From: Oculina patagonica | Taxonomy: Eukaryota | Reading direction: 5' to 3' | Length of the DNA: 64,000 nucleotides | Assembly (NCBI RefSeq): GCF_052425735.1 | Contig: NC_135762.1 | Coordinates: 1,116,001-1,180,000, forward strand | Part shown: positions 1 through 11,420 of the stretch, piece by piece | How positions within the stretch are numbered: position 1 is the first letter of the stretch | Layout of the letters: each line of letters starts with the position of its first letter | Position numbers and translations under genes: made by a program | The notes under the pieces: model-generated | The model's input: only the letters and a program-made list of their open reading frames with translations | Told to the model about the DNA's origin: nothing | The model's database searches: none

Positions 1-76
1 ATCTTAGTTTAGAATAGTCCTCAGGCACATAAATGAGTGGATCAACTGGGAACCACTCACGCGCTGTTCCCATCAT

Positions 77-152
77 GGCAATGTAGCTCAGATGGTAGAG
101 CAGTCCATGGACCTGTAACCCGAAGGTTGTGGGTTTGAATCCCACCCGTTCC
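77..152 (+). repeat. tRNA-like sequence (tRNA pseudogene or SINE head)
   Basis: A box TAGCTCAGATGG, D-stem GCTC/GAGC, B box GGTTTGAATCC and T-stem GTGGG/CCCAC are present. The acceptor and anticodon stems pair poorly, so it is not a functional tRNA. Confidence 0.55.
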
Positions 153-315
153 TTAACACTAAGAAGTACAACCCGCTCTCGTAAACCCTAGATCATTTAA
201 AAAAAATTTGGTTGCAGAAGATGTAATCCCCGCTTGAATACAGGCAGTCCTCTGGGGGTTAGAGCCGGTCGAATCCTGCGGGAAGTACTACTTGCTGGTA
301 GGAGACCCACCCTAC

Positions 316-3146
316 TCAACATTCAGAACTCATGAGGGTCTCATGAACAGTCCTGATTTGACTCGTATGGTACTCATGACCACTCATGATACCTACGTGC
401 AATATATGAAAAATAGGGAGTGGAACCAGACAAGTACATAATACCGAGTCCGTGCCGACTGTACCGTTCCTCGGGAGCGATGCAAGTAGACAAGCACCAA
501 GTGGAACGCGCGAAACCCTCCACCCAGCTTGGGATTACGTAAAGTTTTGTTTGGAATGATCTAGAAGTTTACGGGAAACGAGTTGTTACCTGAGTAACAG
601 AAATTATCCACGCATGCGCAGTCAACAACCAGTATCCCAACCTGGAAGATCAAAGACAATTCAATGAGGATTGATTGTTCATAAATTGATTCAAGTTGTT
701 TTGCTGTAAACAAATTGTTAATTATAAGGACACTTAACGTCAATTTACAACTTTTACCGACTGAAAGAAAATACAGGCCTTTTGGTAATTATACCAGAGA
801 AGAGTTCTAAACCATTAATATTTACCTCTATAAGGCGGGCATTTTTCACAGATCCTGTCTTATCTGTGACCACGCTTGAACTTTGTGACTGTATCCAATG
901 ACCTTCTGAAAAATAAGAAAAGTGTTTATTGTCCACCAAAAATTGCCGTCTACCAATAAGGAATGATGCAGTTCAGTAGCTGAAATGCTGACGATTCTGA
1001 GAACCACACGAGTAATTTTAAAAATGACGTCCTAAAACGGTAGAAAGATCGGGTTTTGGCTTACGCTTAAAATTCTAATAAGTGAACATTTTGAAATACA
1101 ATTGACTATAAAATTGAGCGAAATACTAAAAAGATTTACGGTTGCAGTTTCGAGTTTAAATACAAACGAAGGTGACAGAGTAATTCGCGGTCATTAGCGT
1201 TCAAAGTGTCAGTAAAGATCTTAAAAAATATAATCTATTTGGTGATATACTATTAAAGACAAGAGTTTTTAATTCAGCTCTTAAGTTACCTCTATATAAG
1301 GTGGGCATTCAGTTTTTCATTGCCTTTCCTGTCTTATCTGTGGCCACTACATACTTGAATTTGGTGACTGTATCCAAAGATCTTCAAAAAAAAAAAAATA
1401 ACAAAAATGTTTGTTGTCCTTTGAAGTTCAACTACCACTTAGGAATAGAGCAGTTCCGAGTAGCTGAAATACTGACGATCCTGAAAACTACACGAGTAAA
1501 TAACGCCCTGGCCTAAAAGAATAGGAAGAGCGCTGGGTTTTTACTTGTAGAGCCCTAGTTACTATTCTTAGATAAGTTTTACCAATGGTTTTGTCCTTTG
1601 AAGTAAACATTTTCAGATGTAGTCTTGTTCTTTGGCCTTAAATAAGGTTTGAAGTTACCTCTATAAGGCGGGCAATCAGTTTTTCATTGCCTTTCTTGTC
1701 TTCAGTCTGTAGCCACATACTTGAACTCAGTGGCTGTATCCAAAGAGTCAAAAGTTCTTCTAAAATAAAAAAAAAAAAATAACAAATGTATATTACCCAT
1801 CAAGTTTGACAGCTACCACTAAGGAATGGCACAGTTCAGTAGCTGAAACTCTGACGATTCTAAGAACCACACGAGTAAATGACGCCCTAAAGGGTAGAAA
1901 GAGAGGGTTTTTGCGGACGCTTTCAATTACTGCAGAACCCTAATTACATTTCTGAGATTAGCCGCTTTACCGAGTCATTGTGTTTAATTCTAATAAGAGA
2001 ATATTTCGAAATACAATTGATTATGTAAGAATGAGCGAATTACACTACGACGTTTTGGAGTTATCTTGACTCCATTATCAAGTAAAAAAGACAACGGTTG
2101 CAGTTTCGAGTTTAAATACAAAGAAAGGTGACAGAGAACAGAGTATCTAAAATGATAAGTGTTTCGCGGTCATTAGCGTTTCAAGTGTCAGTAAAAATGT
2201 TCAGAAATAGTCCCGTTTGTAAGTCTCAAATAAAATTTTAAATCTATTTGGGGATTTTATACGGCAAAAGTTCTATACGGCTCTTAAGTTACCTCTATAA
2301 GGCGGGCATTCAGTTTTTCATTGCCTTTCCTGTCTTAATATCTGTGGCCACATACTTGAACTTGGTGACTGTATCCAAAGATCTTCTGAAAAAATAAGAG
2401 AAATATCTATTATCCATCAAAATTGTTGACTACTAATTAGGAATGGTTCAGTTCAGTATGGCTGAAAAGCTGAAGCCGGATTCTGAGAACCACACGAGTA
2501 TATGACGCCCTAAAGAGTAGAAAGAGTGGGTTTTTGCTGGCGCTTTCAATTACTGTTGAGCCCCAATTACAATTCTGAGATTAGCTTGACCGTGTTACTG
2601 TGTAAAATTCTAATAAGAGAACATTTCCAAATACAATTGACTTTGTAAGAAAATAAGCGTAAATTCAGTACGACGTTTCGTAGTCATCTTGACTTCATTA
2701 TCAAGTAGAAAGATAACGGATGCAATTTCGAGTTTAAATACAAAGAAAGGTGATAGAGTATATAAGAATATTAAGTGAGTGTTTCTCGGTCATAAGCGTT
2801 TTAAGTGTCAGTAAAAATGTTCAGAAATTGTCTTGATTTTATAAGACAAGTTCTAAATTCGGCTCTTAAGTTACCTCTATAAGGCGGGCATTCAGTTTTT
2901 CATTGCCTTTCCTGTATTGTCTGTGGCCACATACTTGAACTTGGCCGGTGACTGCATCCAAAGAATCTTCAAAGATCTTTTGAAAAAAGATAAGAGATAT
3001 GTATATTGTCCTCCAAGGTTTGTCGGCTACCACTTAGGAATGGTTCAGTTCAGAAACTAAAATGCTGGCGGTTCTGAGAACCACATGGGCAAATTAAGCC
3101 GCCAAAGTAAAATTCTCTTACCTGCCAAGCAAGGTTTCGGTTTCAT
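316..3146 (-). CDS. Putative 4-exon small ORF (~77 aa) or spliced lncRNA, unknown function
   Basis: Candidate exons 3146-3122, 905-826, 641-590 and 392-316 all have GT-AG boundaries and compatible phases (1, 0, 1). They give MKPKPCLAEGHWIQSQSSSVVTDKTGSVKNARLIEVGILVVDCACVDNFCYSGIMSGHEY...SEC*. No recognisable domain. Confidence 0.3.
820..3090. repeat. Degenerate tandem array, 5 units of ~370-635 bp
   Basis: Anchor TTACCTCTATA recurs at ~822, 1286, 1655, 2289 and 2871, each followed by related ...GTGACTGTATCCAA and GAGAACCACACGAGTA blocks. Confidence 0.9.
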
Positions 3147-4006
3147 GGTAGTGAACAACTTTTAAGGAGGTTGTTCTGAAAGCGGAGTTCTTGCTCAAAG
3201 TCAGGAAAACTCGCTGTATCCTTTAAAAGCGGATTCGTTTTCCTGAAGTTGGCGGAAGATCGGCAAACGTAACGCGACTGAAGTAGATCTAACTTTGTCC
3301 AACGGTTTCAGTTGAAGCAAATTAAAAGACGGTTGCGAAATTTAAAATCGCAAGTGGGTTGAGGTGCGCATGAATGAATAAAATGGCCTAACTATAAATT
3401 GTGAATTCTAAGCAAACGTGCAAATTTCTCACGTGCAGCAAAACATTTATTTAATAATACGTTATTGCAAAATTCCCACATCGGCGTATGATTCCATACT
3501 ACTTATTTACATAACAGGTAGTTTTTTTCAAGTGCGGTTACACGGGACGAATTTTTATTCCCCAGGCGCTGGTTTCTCTGTATACTGGTATGCATTTTCA
3601 TCTTTTTGCAATAGAAATGCAGCGGCATCTGATAAGTAAATGAATTTTACGGTAAATGCATAAGTGAAACTATTTTTCTAGTTTCACAATTTTTTGACTG
3701 TGTTAACTAGTGAGAAAAAAACTAAGGGCTGATATTTTTAACAAAAACTCAATTTTGAAATACTTACAGACTGTTCAAAGGAAAGAAAAAGATCATTAAC
3801 GGGTATCGTTCTCATCAAAAAAAGATGTAATTTGATGAAGATCATCTGATCATGGAACGTATTTTGCTTCCCCGAATAACTAAAGAACCCACGCTTGCGG
3901 CTTGAGGTTTTCCTTCGGAATCACGAGACTGGGGGGGGGGGGGGGTGGGGAGTAGGGGGGTCAAAACCACCCACTTCCTGTGGACTTCCTGTACCTCTTA
4001 TGCTGA

Positions 4007-4164
4007 ATTTCTACTGACGCATATTTTTGTTTTACGTGCGTGAAAAAAAATTAGAGACAATGTATGAACGACTTGCGTAAACCTGTACGTACGTCGTTCA
4101 TACATTGTCTCTTAATTTTTTCACGCACGTTAACGCACGTAAAAAATTACGCGTCAGTGGAAAT
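4007..4164. mobile_element. Palindromic MITE-like element
   Basis: Inverted arms ATTTCTACTGACGC...AGAGACAATGTATGAACGAC / GTCGTTCATACATTGTCTCT...GCGTCAGTGGAAAT. Confidence 0.65.
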
Positions 4165-4687
4165 CCACCTTAACTCGTGCTTCGGTACGTTTTTCGCCCG
4201 CACACCGCCCCTTTCTGTAGCGGTTTTTTTTTTTCTTAAAAAATAAAACGAAATGTTACGAAATTTTTCAATTTCTCCTGGTTTCTGCCACCTAAGGTGT
4301 CCCGTTTCCCGCCCTCTCTTCTTCCCCCGCCCACCACCCCTTCTATCCCGTACTCCCACCCTCCTGCTCCCCCCCCCCCCACGTGAGAGAAATGACTTGA
4401 TGATTTTATCACAGTTAGAGACATTGAACGCAGCTGCAAGGGCAAAGATTGCGAAACCCTGTTCTCATGGTCTTTCTAAGGCCGCAGACAAGGGGAGGAA
4501 TGAGGGTCTTCTTTACCGTGTCCGCCATCTTGGATAGACCATCGCCGGTAGAGCCTTCCCTTGATAATTTGCGCTGCCTGGAAACAAGGGCGGAGAAGGG
4601 GCGGAGTACTATTACACCTGTCGACCCTCCTATCTCATCTCAGGCGTCTTCTATTTGGTCGTGGGCGGTGCGGTATTCCCGGACTAG

Positions 4688-4882
4688 TGGAAAACACAGG
4701 GCCGGAGTCCCAGGGTCTTGGGGTCTGGAAAACGTGGGGCCCCGGGGTCTGTGGATAACACGGGGTGTGGAAAATGCGGGGTGTGAAAAACACGGGGTGC
4801 GGAAAACACGGGGTCCTGGGGTCTGTAGAAACGCGGGGCCCCGGGTCTGTGGAGAACGCGGGGTCCCCACGGTCTGTGGAAA
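4688..4882. repeat. GC-rich short tandem repeat (GTGGAAAACACGGGGT / CGGGGTCT variants)
   Basis: About 8 degenerate copies are directly visible. They explain the overlapping ORFs at 4449-4961. Confidence 0.8.
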
Positions 4883-5281
4883 CAAACCAATGAAAACAAA
4901 CCTGGCAAATGCAGGATTTACTGTCTGTGGGTAGTGTGCACTTGTCACCATTATACCACAACTATTAACTAGTTTTTATTGTTTCATAATACTATTTTAA
5001 TTACAATTTTGTATTTCTCTGTTTTAAAAAACCTTGTTTTCTACAAAAGCTGCATGAGTATAATTAAAATTTTTTAACAAAGGGTACATTAGGCAACAAA
5101 ACCCTAAAATAATTTATCTCTTCTTTCATGACACCTAAAAGTACATCTTGCATAAAAGTTCAAGTGTGGCCTGCTTTTCGACACTCAAATGAGCGTAGAA
5201 GTTTTCGTAGAGGTGTACACCTATACATTGCATTCCGTTTATATTTTACTGCACTCCCTAGTTATTGCTCCTCCAGAACTT

Positions 5282-7526
5282 TTATCTCTGATGAATACCA
5301 CTTTCTGTTTGTTCTTCATCCATGGTGCATATCTTTGAGAGAATAATAGTCATTGGAGTGACATCTTCCTTAAACACCTCCACAGCATTAGCAAATTTGT
5401 TTTTAATGTTTCGCTTCCGAGTTGCTGCATGAAGAAGAATTACTGAAAAATAAAAGGCAAAAGTAAATTTAGTCATGGGGTAAGGGGGGACTTTTACTGC
5501 CATCTGGTCTCCTTTTCTTCAGTGAGATGTGGGTCTGGGTTGAAAAAGGGGCTCAGTAAGAACAGTGGCTAGTAATTGAGCCTAGAGTGAAAGCACTAAA
5601 AAAATCAATGGGGTCTGGACCACGCAATCTGGAGTTCAGCACACTAACCAAAGGCAACCATACCTTCCATAATAATAAGGAATAAATACCGGTAATTAAA
5701 CTGGCTGGTCATTTAAATCTCAGGTAAACCAAATAAAATTGCTAAATGAATCATTCACCATCAAGGGATGGTGAATGGTCTTAAAAAATGCGGGTCGTGC
5801 AAATTTTTTTGCCAAATTTCAGGGGCATTGTTGTCTCGAATTTTTCTTTGGCGCCTTCTCGAAGTCTCAATTTCTTTTGCAAGGGTAAAAAGGTCTAGGG
5901 CTTGCAGAAAAGATATCATTCTTGCTATCTTGCTATCTTAAGTCTCACTTTACCATTCTCAACCCTCTATCTGTACTGATATATAATTATACCTGCAAGT
6001 GGTACAGTCACTCCCCAGATGAATACAAGTATGGATCCCAGTGCATAAATAATAAGAACTGCCAAGGCAACCACAGCGACAGGTACCAGGTAGGGGTACT
6101 GTCCTTTCAGCTTTGCAATCCTTGGCTCTCGGCTTTGTGCAATGCCAAATAAGACAAACATACAGACAAGTGTGACAGCACCTATGATTAAATCCTTTGG
6201 ATATAGCGTCCTGAAGAGAAACATTGAACCAACATGAGTGTGAATATAAAGTGAAGTGAGGTTTTGCATTTTTTTCAAAATATAATATTTTGAAGACATG
6301 ATTCCAAAAGTTGGGAAAAAAAATTTGCCATCTTGAAAGTATTATGATCAGTCAATCCAAGCTTCCCCCCCCCCCTTGAAAGTATTATGATCAGTCAATC
6401 CAAGCTTCCCCCCCCCCCCCCCCGGCAACCCCCGGGTATTTGATCGCTACTGAGGCCCAGATAGTGATTTGATTTGACGGTTGAGGGGTGCAGTGTGTCA
6501 AACTATAAAACACTATCGAGCTTAAGTGCATGAAGTTAGTACTTGGTTACGTTATTGTAAATTAGTTTCAACATATTTTTTGCTACTAAAATGGCTGATT
6601 CCCTCTATAGCGCGTGCCTGCAGGGAATCACGGTAGTTGTATTCATCAAACCATGTGCGAGACTCAGCAATGTGCATCATTGCTGAGTCTCGCACATGGT
6701 TTGATGAATACAACTACCGTGATTCCCTGCAGGCGCGCGCTATAGAGGGAATCGGGTATTGGCTGACTTACATAAGTCATTAGTGTCGGTTTAGACCTAG
6801 TGTTAATGAGAAAACCTAACTCATAATTAACTTTCAGCCCCAACTAGTGGGGGCATTTTACTGTGCAACTGGCCCACATGGTGAGGTTTGCCAGGGGGGG
6901 GGGGGTGGTGCTTGTCTAGCTTGGAATTGACTGATACATTATCTTCCTTGCAAAAAAGGTGTTCAAAAGTGTGCAGCTAAAATACCATGTGATGCCCACT
7001 GGTCATGCAGTGTTGTGGTCAAGATTCATTTGAGAGTTACTTGCCATGTCTTCTCCCCCAAAAAACCTTTGGTGACAAGATTGTAAAATTTTACAGCCCT
7101 AGTCCGAACGTGACGTCACAACATGGTCAAAATTGGATTTCCATTTTCTCACTATTTTTTGCTTTAATTTAGCAGTTGCACCAGTTTTCAGCACCAAAAC
7201 AGTAACTATGACCGAAAAAACAACAAATTCGTGACTTGAAAAAAAAAATTTGCAGTCGTTTTATTACTATATTGAAGTCAAGTCTAAAATCATGAAGAAA
7301 ATGACAAATCACGTCGCTCAACTAACGACATAATTTTTTTGCAGCAAACTTACCCAACCACAATGAAAATAACGACTGCACTAAGAAAGTAGTTGGTCTG
7401 GTAATAAATGAGGTTGTTAATCATTCTGTTCTCCATCCTATCCCTATCTTGTAAGGTTGGAGCAGTGAACTGAGCATCTGTAACAAAGTCTTGAAGTGAG
7501 CGCAGAGGCGCCATTTCCACCGCCAT
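5282..7526 (-). CDS. ARL6IP5: PRA1 family protein (ARL6IP5/PRAF3- or PRAF2-like), 183 aa, 3 exons
   Basis: Exons 7526-7354, 6210-5993 and 5442-5282, all GT-AG with phases 2 and 1. PRA1 motifs APLRSLQDF, NRMINNLIYYQTNYF and LLHAATRKRNIKNK, plus hydrophobic hairpins. Probably co-orthologous to vertebrate PRAF2 and PRAF3. Confidence 0.93.
6386..6941. mobile_element. MITE (TIR ATGATCAGTCAATCCAAGC / GCTTGGAATTGACTGATACAT) hosting a nested hairpin element
   Basis: Terminal inverted repeats with poly-C and poly-G subterminal tracts. The left end is locally duplicated (6331-6420). Confidence 0.7.
6590..6760. mobile_element. ~170-bp near-perfect hairpin element, copy 1
   Basis: Two ~83-bp arms GATTCCCTCTATAGCGCG...CTCAGCAATG / CATTGCTGAG...CGCGCTATAGAGGGAATC with a 5-nt loop. 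A second copy lies at 22612-22778. Confidence 0.85.
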
Positions 7527-8525
7527 CTTGCTTCGTGTCACTGGAGAAGTCGCTGACAACCTGTTTACCATCGCGGGCTCAACTATTTTTTTTTCGCGAG
7601 GGTAACGCGCATAGAAGGGAAATAGGCAAAAAAGAAGGGGAAAACGCTGGAATACAATCTCGAACAAGAACCCCCATGTAGACGGGCCTAGAAGCGACAT
7701 TTTCTGTTGTTGTTGTTGTTCAACCCAAGCTGCGTTATATTGAAGCGTGACATCCGATGTACGATATACGAGACGAGTATTTACACCACTTTGAATTTAG
7801 AAATGTCTCCGGGCAGTTTCCTTTCCAATACTATAAATCATCATATATAATTTATCGCTTTTGTTTTTACTTTGCCCCGTTCTAGTTTACTTTGTGGTCT
7901 AAGTGGGGATTTCTAATCAAAATCCCTCTGTCCCATACCCCCTCCCCCATCTAGGCATTTCAAGTGGTTGAAGTGATGAAAGATGACTCGTGCTATTAAA
8001 AAAGCAAATAAGAATGCTAAACCTTGACTACCCTTCGTAGAAAAGAAAAACAAAAAGAAAAAAAAAACTTGCCTAAGAGACGGTCGTCAGCCACCAGCGG
8101 CCTGGGCACGTCTAATATTTCCTGTTTGTTTGGCGGGAACAACTTTTTTGAAAGCGCAGCTGAACATGCGGGTGATCTTAAGCCGCTATTTCAAGGAGAA
8201 CGGGGGTCTTTAACGAGAAAAACGTATCGACCCTCTCATAGACAGGAAAAATTGTCTAGTTCCCTAAAGTAACTTTAGTTTTGAGCAGAAACCCCCTCTC
8301 AAACCAGTTTCAGGGGCTTGTGGCTTGTACGGTAGAAAACAGCACTTAATTAACTTAATAAGATCAATAACTATACTCAATTTAACTGGCAAAAAAGAAT
8401 TTTATTAAAAACCAGTCTTATGACAAAAAATATGGTTTACGTACTTGGTACAGTGTATTAAAATTGTTTATAAAAAGGCTATCATTTCGTTCTCTCCATT
8501 TATCAGTAGGACAAATCAGGAATCG

Positions 8526-11387
8526 TTAAAATGGCTCCACATTCCCCACAGCAGGTATCAACTCGCAGTATATTTCTATTCCTCGCAGGAAAACTTTCTC
8601 GTTGAGGAATTCATTGTGATCATGAAGTAGGATTGGAGTGTTGTTCATTGGGAAAAAACCAATGGCGGGATAACCAAGCTATATAGAAAAAGAAAGAAAC
8701 AGAAAAAAAAATTAGCAGGTATACTAAACGAACTTACCGAGACATGAAACGCAAAAAGACAAAAACGCGCAAGAAAAAAATATACTAAGCGAAAACTGGA
8801 TACAAGAGGTCTCCCGCCTTGTCCCCAGTTTACCAGCACATTTTTTACCCGGGGAGGGCATATATATATGCGGAAACCGAGTTATGACGATCAATGGAGA
8901 CCCCCTTCCCAAAGGCTAAGCGCAAAGCAGCGTTTAACAGCATCCAATTGTATGACAGTCAGGATCACGAGAGGGACAGGAGCGACCACGGATCGGGGGC
9001 CTCTAGGAGGGAGGGGGGATAGTTCATGGTCCTTTGACCCCTAAAATATTGCACATTTTCTCTGCTTCCCGTTAATAAACTCAATTGCCCAATATCCTTT
9101 TCTCACGTGCAATAAAGGACCAGGTTCCCTTGTTCCCAAAAATCCTTGGGACGACCTCAGCAGAGGGGCGAGCACGAGGCAAGTTTACACGTCTAGGAAG
9201 ATGTCCCCTGTTTTATGAGTCAAATGAGTCTACGAGTAATGAGTCAATAAGTCAACGTCATTTTTACACAAAGTAGGTTATTATCTATTGAGCCTCGGTT
9301 TCCCTTTACAAGTAAGCTTATAGAAGCACTCTACTTTGCTTAGTTGCACTCCACTTTGCTTGCGGTAAAGGGTAACACTATTTTTAAATTAATAACTCTA
9401 ATTTAAGATTTGACTCATTGACTGATGACTCATTTGACTCATAAAAACGTTACTCTCGTCTACAAAGCGCACGAGGAAAACGCGAGCAAGTACTTCAAGA
9501 TGAAAGATGCCTACCTCACGTATATAACGACTATCCGTTCCTGCTGGGAAAATCTCTTTCTCTATTTTCATTTCCCTAAAATAATAGAAGACTTGTAATG
9601 AGAAGACAGTGGTGAAAAAAAAAAAAAACGAGGCAGAAAAGCAAAAGCGTAACCGCGAAGATTAATGTATAAGAACTCTGTAACATTAATTTGAGGCTTT
9701 TTCTACCATTTGCGTCCATCCTTGAAGCGTGACAAATTTAACACGTAGTTTTACTTTTATAACCTCGATGGTTTTGTCTGGTTACGTGTCACTTTTGACC
9801 AATGAAACGTTTGCAGTCAGGTCGCGAAATGGACAACGTTTTGGCGCCATACGATCATGTTTTCTTCAGGAGCTATCAATATTTTCAAGATTTGCCCACT
9901 GACTTCCATGAAAGTCTGCTCGGAAAATATCACTGCAAAAAGCCAAAGGGACCGTTACACTCGACATCCTACCGTGAATATATTTGAAATTGAATTAGAA
10001 ATTAATTTAACTTACATCTTTTTGCAAGTTGTACTGAAGGCTTTCCACCAAGGATCATCATCAGTGATCGGTGTTAACACGTGATTATCGCATTTCTGAA
10101 AACAAGAAATCAAAAATTAAAACAAATTAAAACTCGAGCGAAAGAATGACGACTGAGCCACTAGCTCAGTTAACAAATAACTAACCGAAGACACTAGCGT
10201 GGACATCAATTTGTCAAAAGTCACTTTCTGCAACTTGAGGAAATTTAAAGGGCAACTGCCTTTTATTTTCGCCATTTTTTGACGAGCTGATAAACATTCC
10301 CAGTTCATAGGAAAACCACCAATAATAGTTTAGTTTTACTTGACAAATGACAGGAACACATTAGGAAGTGAGGATGACAAACGATGGCGAGGATGGCACA
10401 GATTTCAACGTGGACAAACATAAAAATGTCAAGTGCTTCCCGCCTGGCTTTCATGTTCAGGGGTGGACGCATGGGGGAAGAACGGCTGATGACGAGAAAT
10501 AACAAGTAAAACAACAACAACAATGACAACAAACAACGTCAACGACGACAAGCAACAACAAAGTATGCTGTCAACAGTCCACTTCCTATAACCGTTACTT
10601 GCTTTTTTCGTCCATTACCGAGAACGGTCGAAAAAAGAGCCGAGAGCCCCGGTGCTTTAGTACACTAGTAATACTATACTACCTGCAAAAATTCATAAGA
10701 TACATCTTCTCCAGCCTCTTCACACCACTGCTTTACTTGATTCTCAAATTTCTGAAACAAGAGAAGAAAAATAAATAAGAAGAGTAGCAAGTTGCTTCCC
10801 TAAAGTTGCAATAAACTCCCTTTGGATGCTAATGCTGGTCCATTTGCAGGGCCCCACAATTTGACTCTGGTACCCATTTATACAAGGGTGGAGGGAGGCA
10901 CCGTGAGGATTGAGAATCCTACCCAAGAACACAAGATCCAGTGTCCAGTTCGCTATCCATTATGGCACCCCGCCCAATAAAAGATTATAACAGTGGTACT
11001 CATTAAAATTGAGTAAAGAAAAAAAAAAAAACATAAAAATGTCAATATTTACTCTACCTCAAGGTCCATTGTTGGTGCAATTCTTATGTCAAACACTAAA
11101 AGAAAGGATCATTCTATTACAAAAGAATGATAATTTCACACCAGTGTAACAAAAATGTTTTAAAAATGCTACAGCAAGCTCAAGGGCGTAGAAGTCAAAC
11201 CAGAGGGTTTTGAAGATGAATTAGGTCCACCGAAAGCATTTGTAGATGACAACAAAGACGAAGACTGAGATCCAACAACAACAACAACCCTGAGGGCCAG
11301 AGGACTTTTTTTTTTTTTTTTTGCAGGGAAGACACTATTTGTGAGCGGCGATCAAAGATCGCGGCTTCTTCTCTTTGTTCCGCCCAC

Positions 11388-11420
<33 letters not shown>

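Noticed and set aside
77-152. Functional tRNA-Tyr gene (CTGTAA loop)
   Set aside because: The acceptor stem has three mismatches and the anticodon arm does not pair. Treated as a pseudogene or SINE head.
820-3090. Retrozyme array with an active hammerhead in every unit
   Set aside because: CTGACGA occurs in some units but is not followed by a stem II-GAAA-stem III arrangement I could fold.
4449-4961. Overlapping 100-160 aa ORFs
   Set aside because: They run through a GC-rich short tandem repeat that lacks stop codons, and show no domain.
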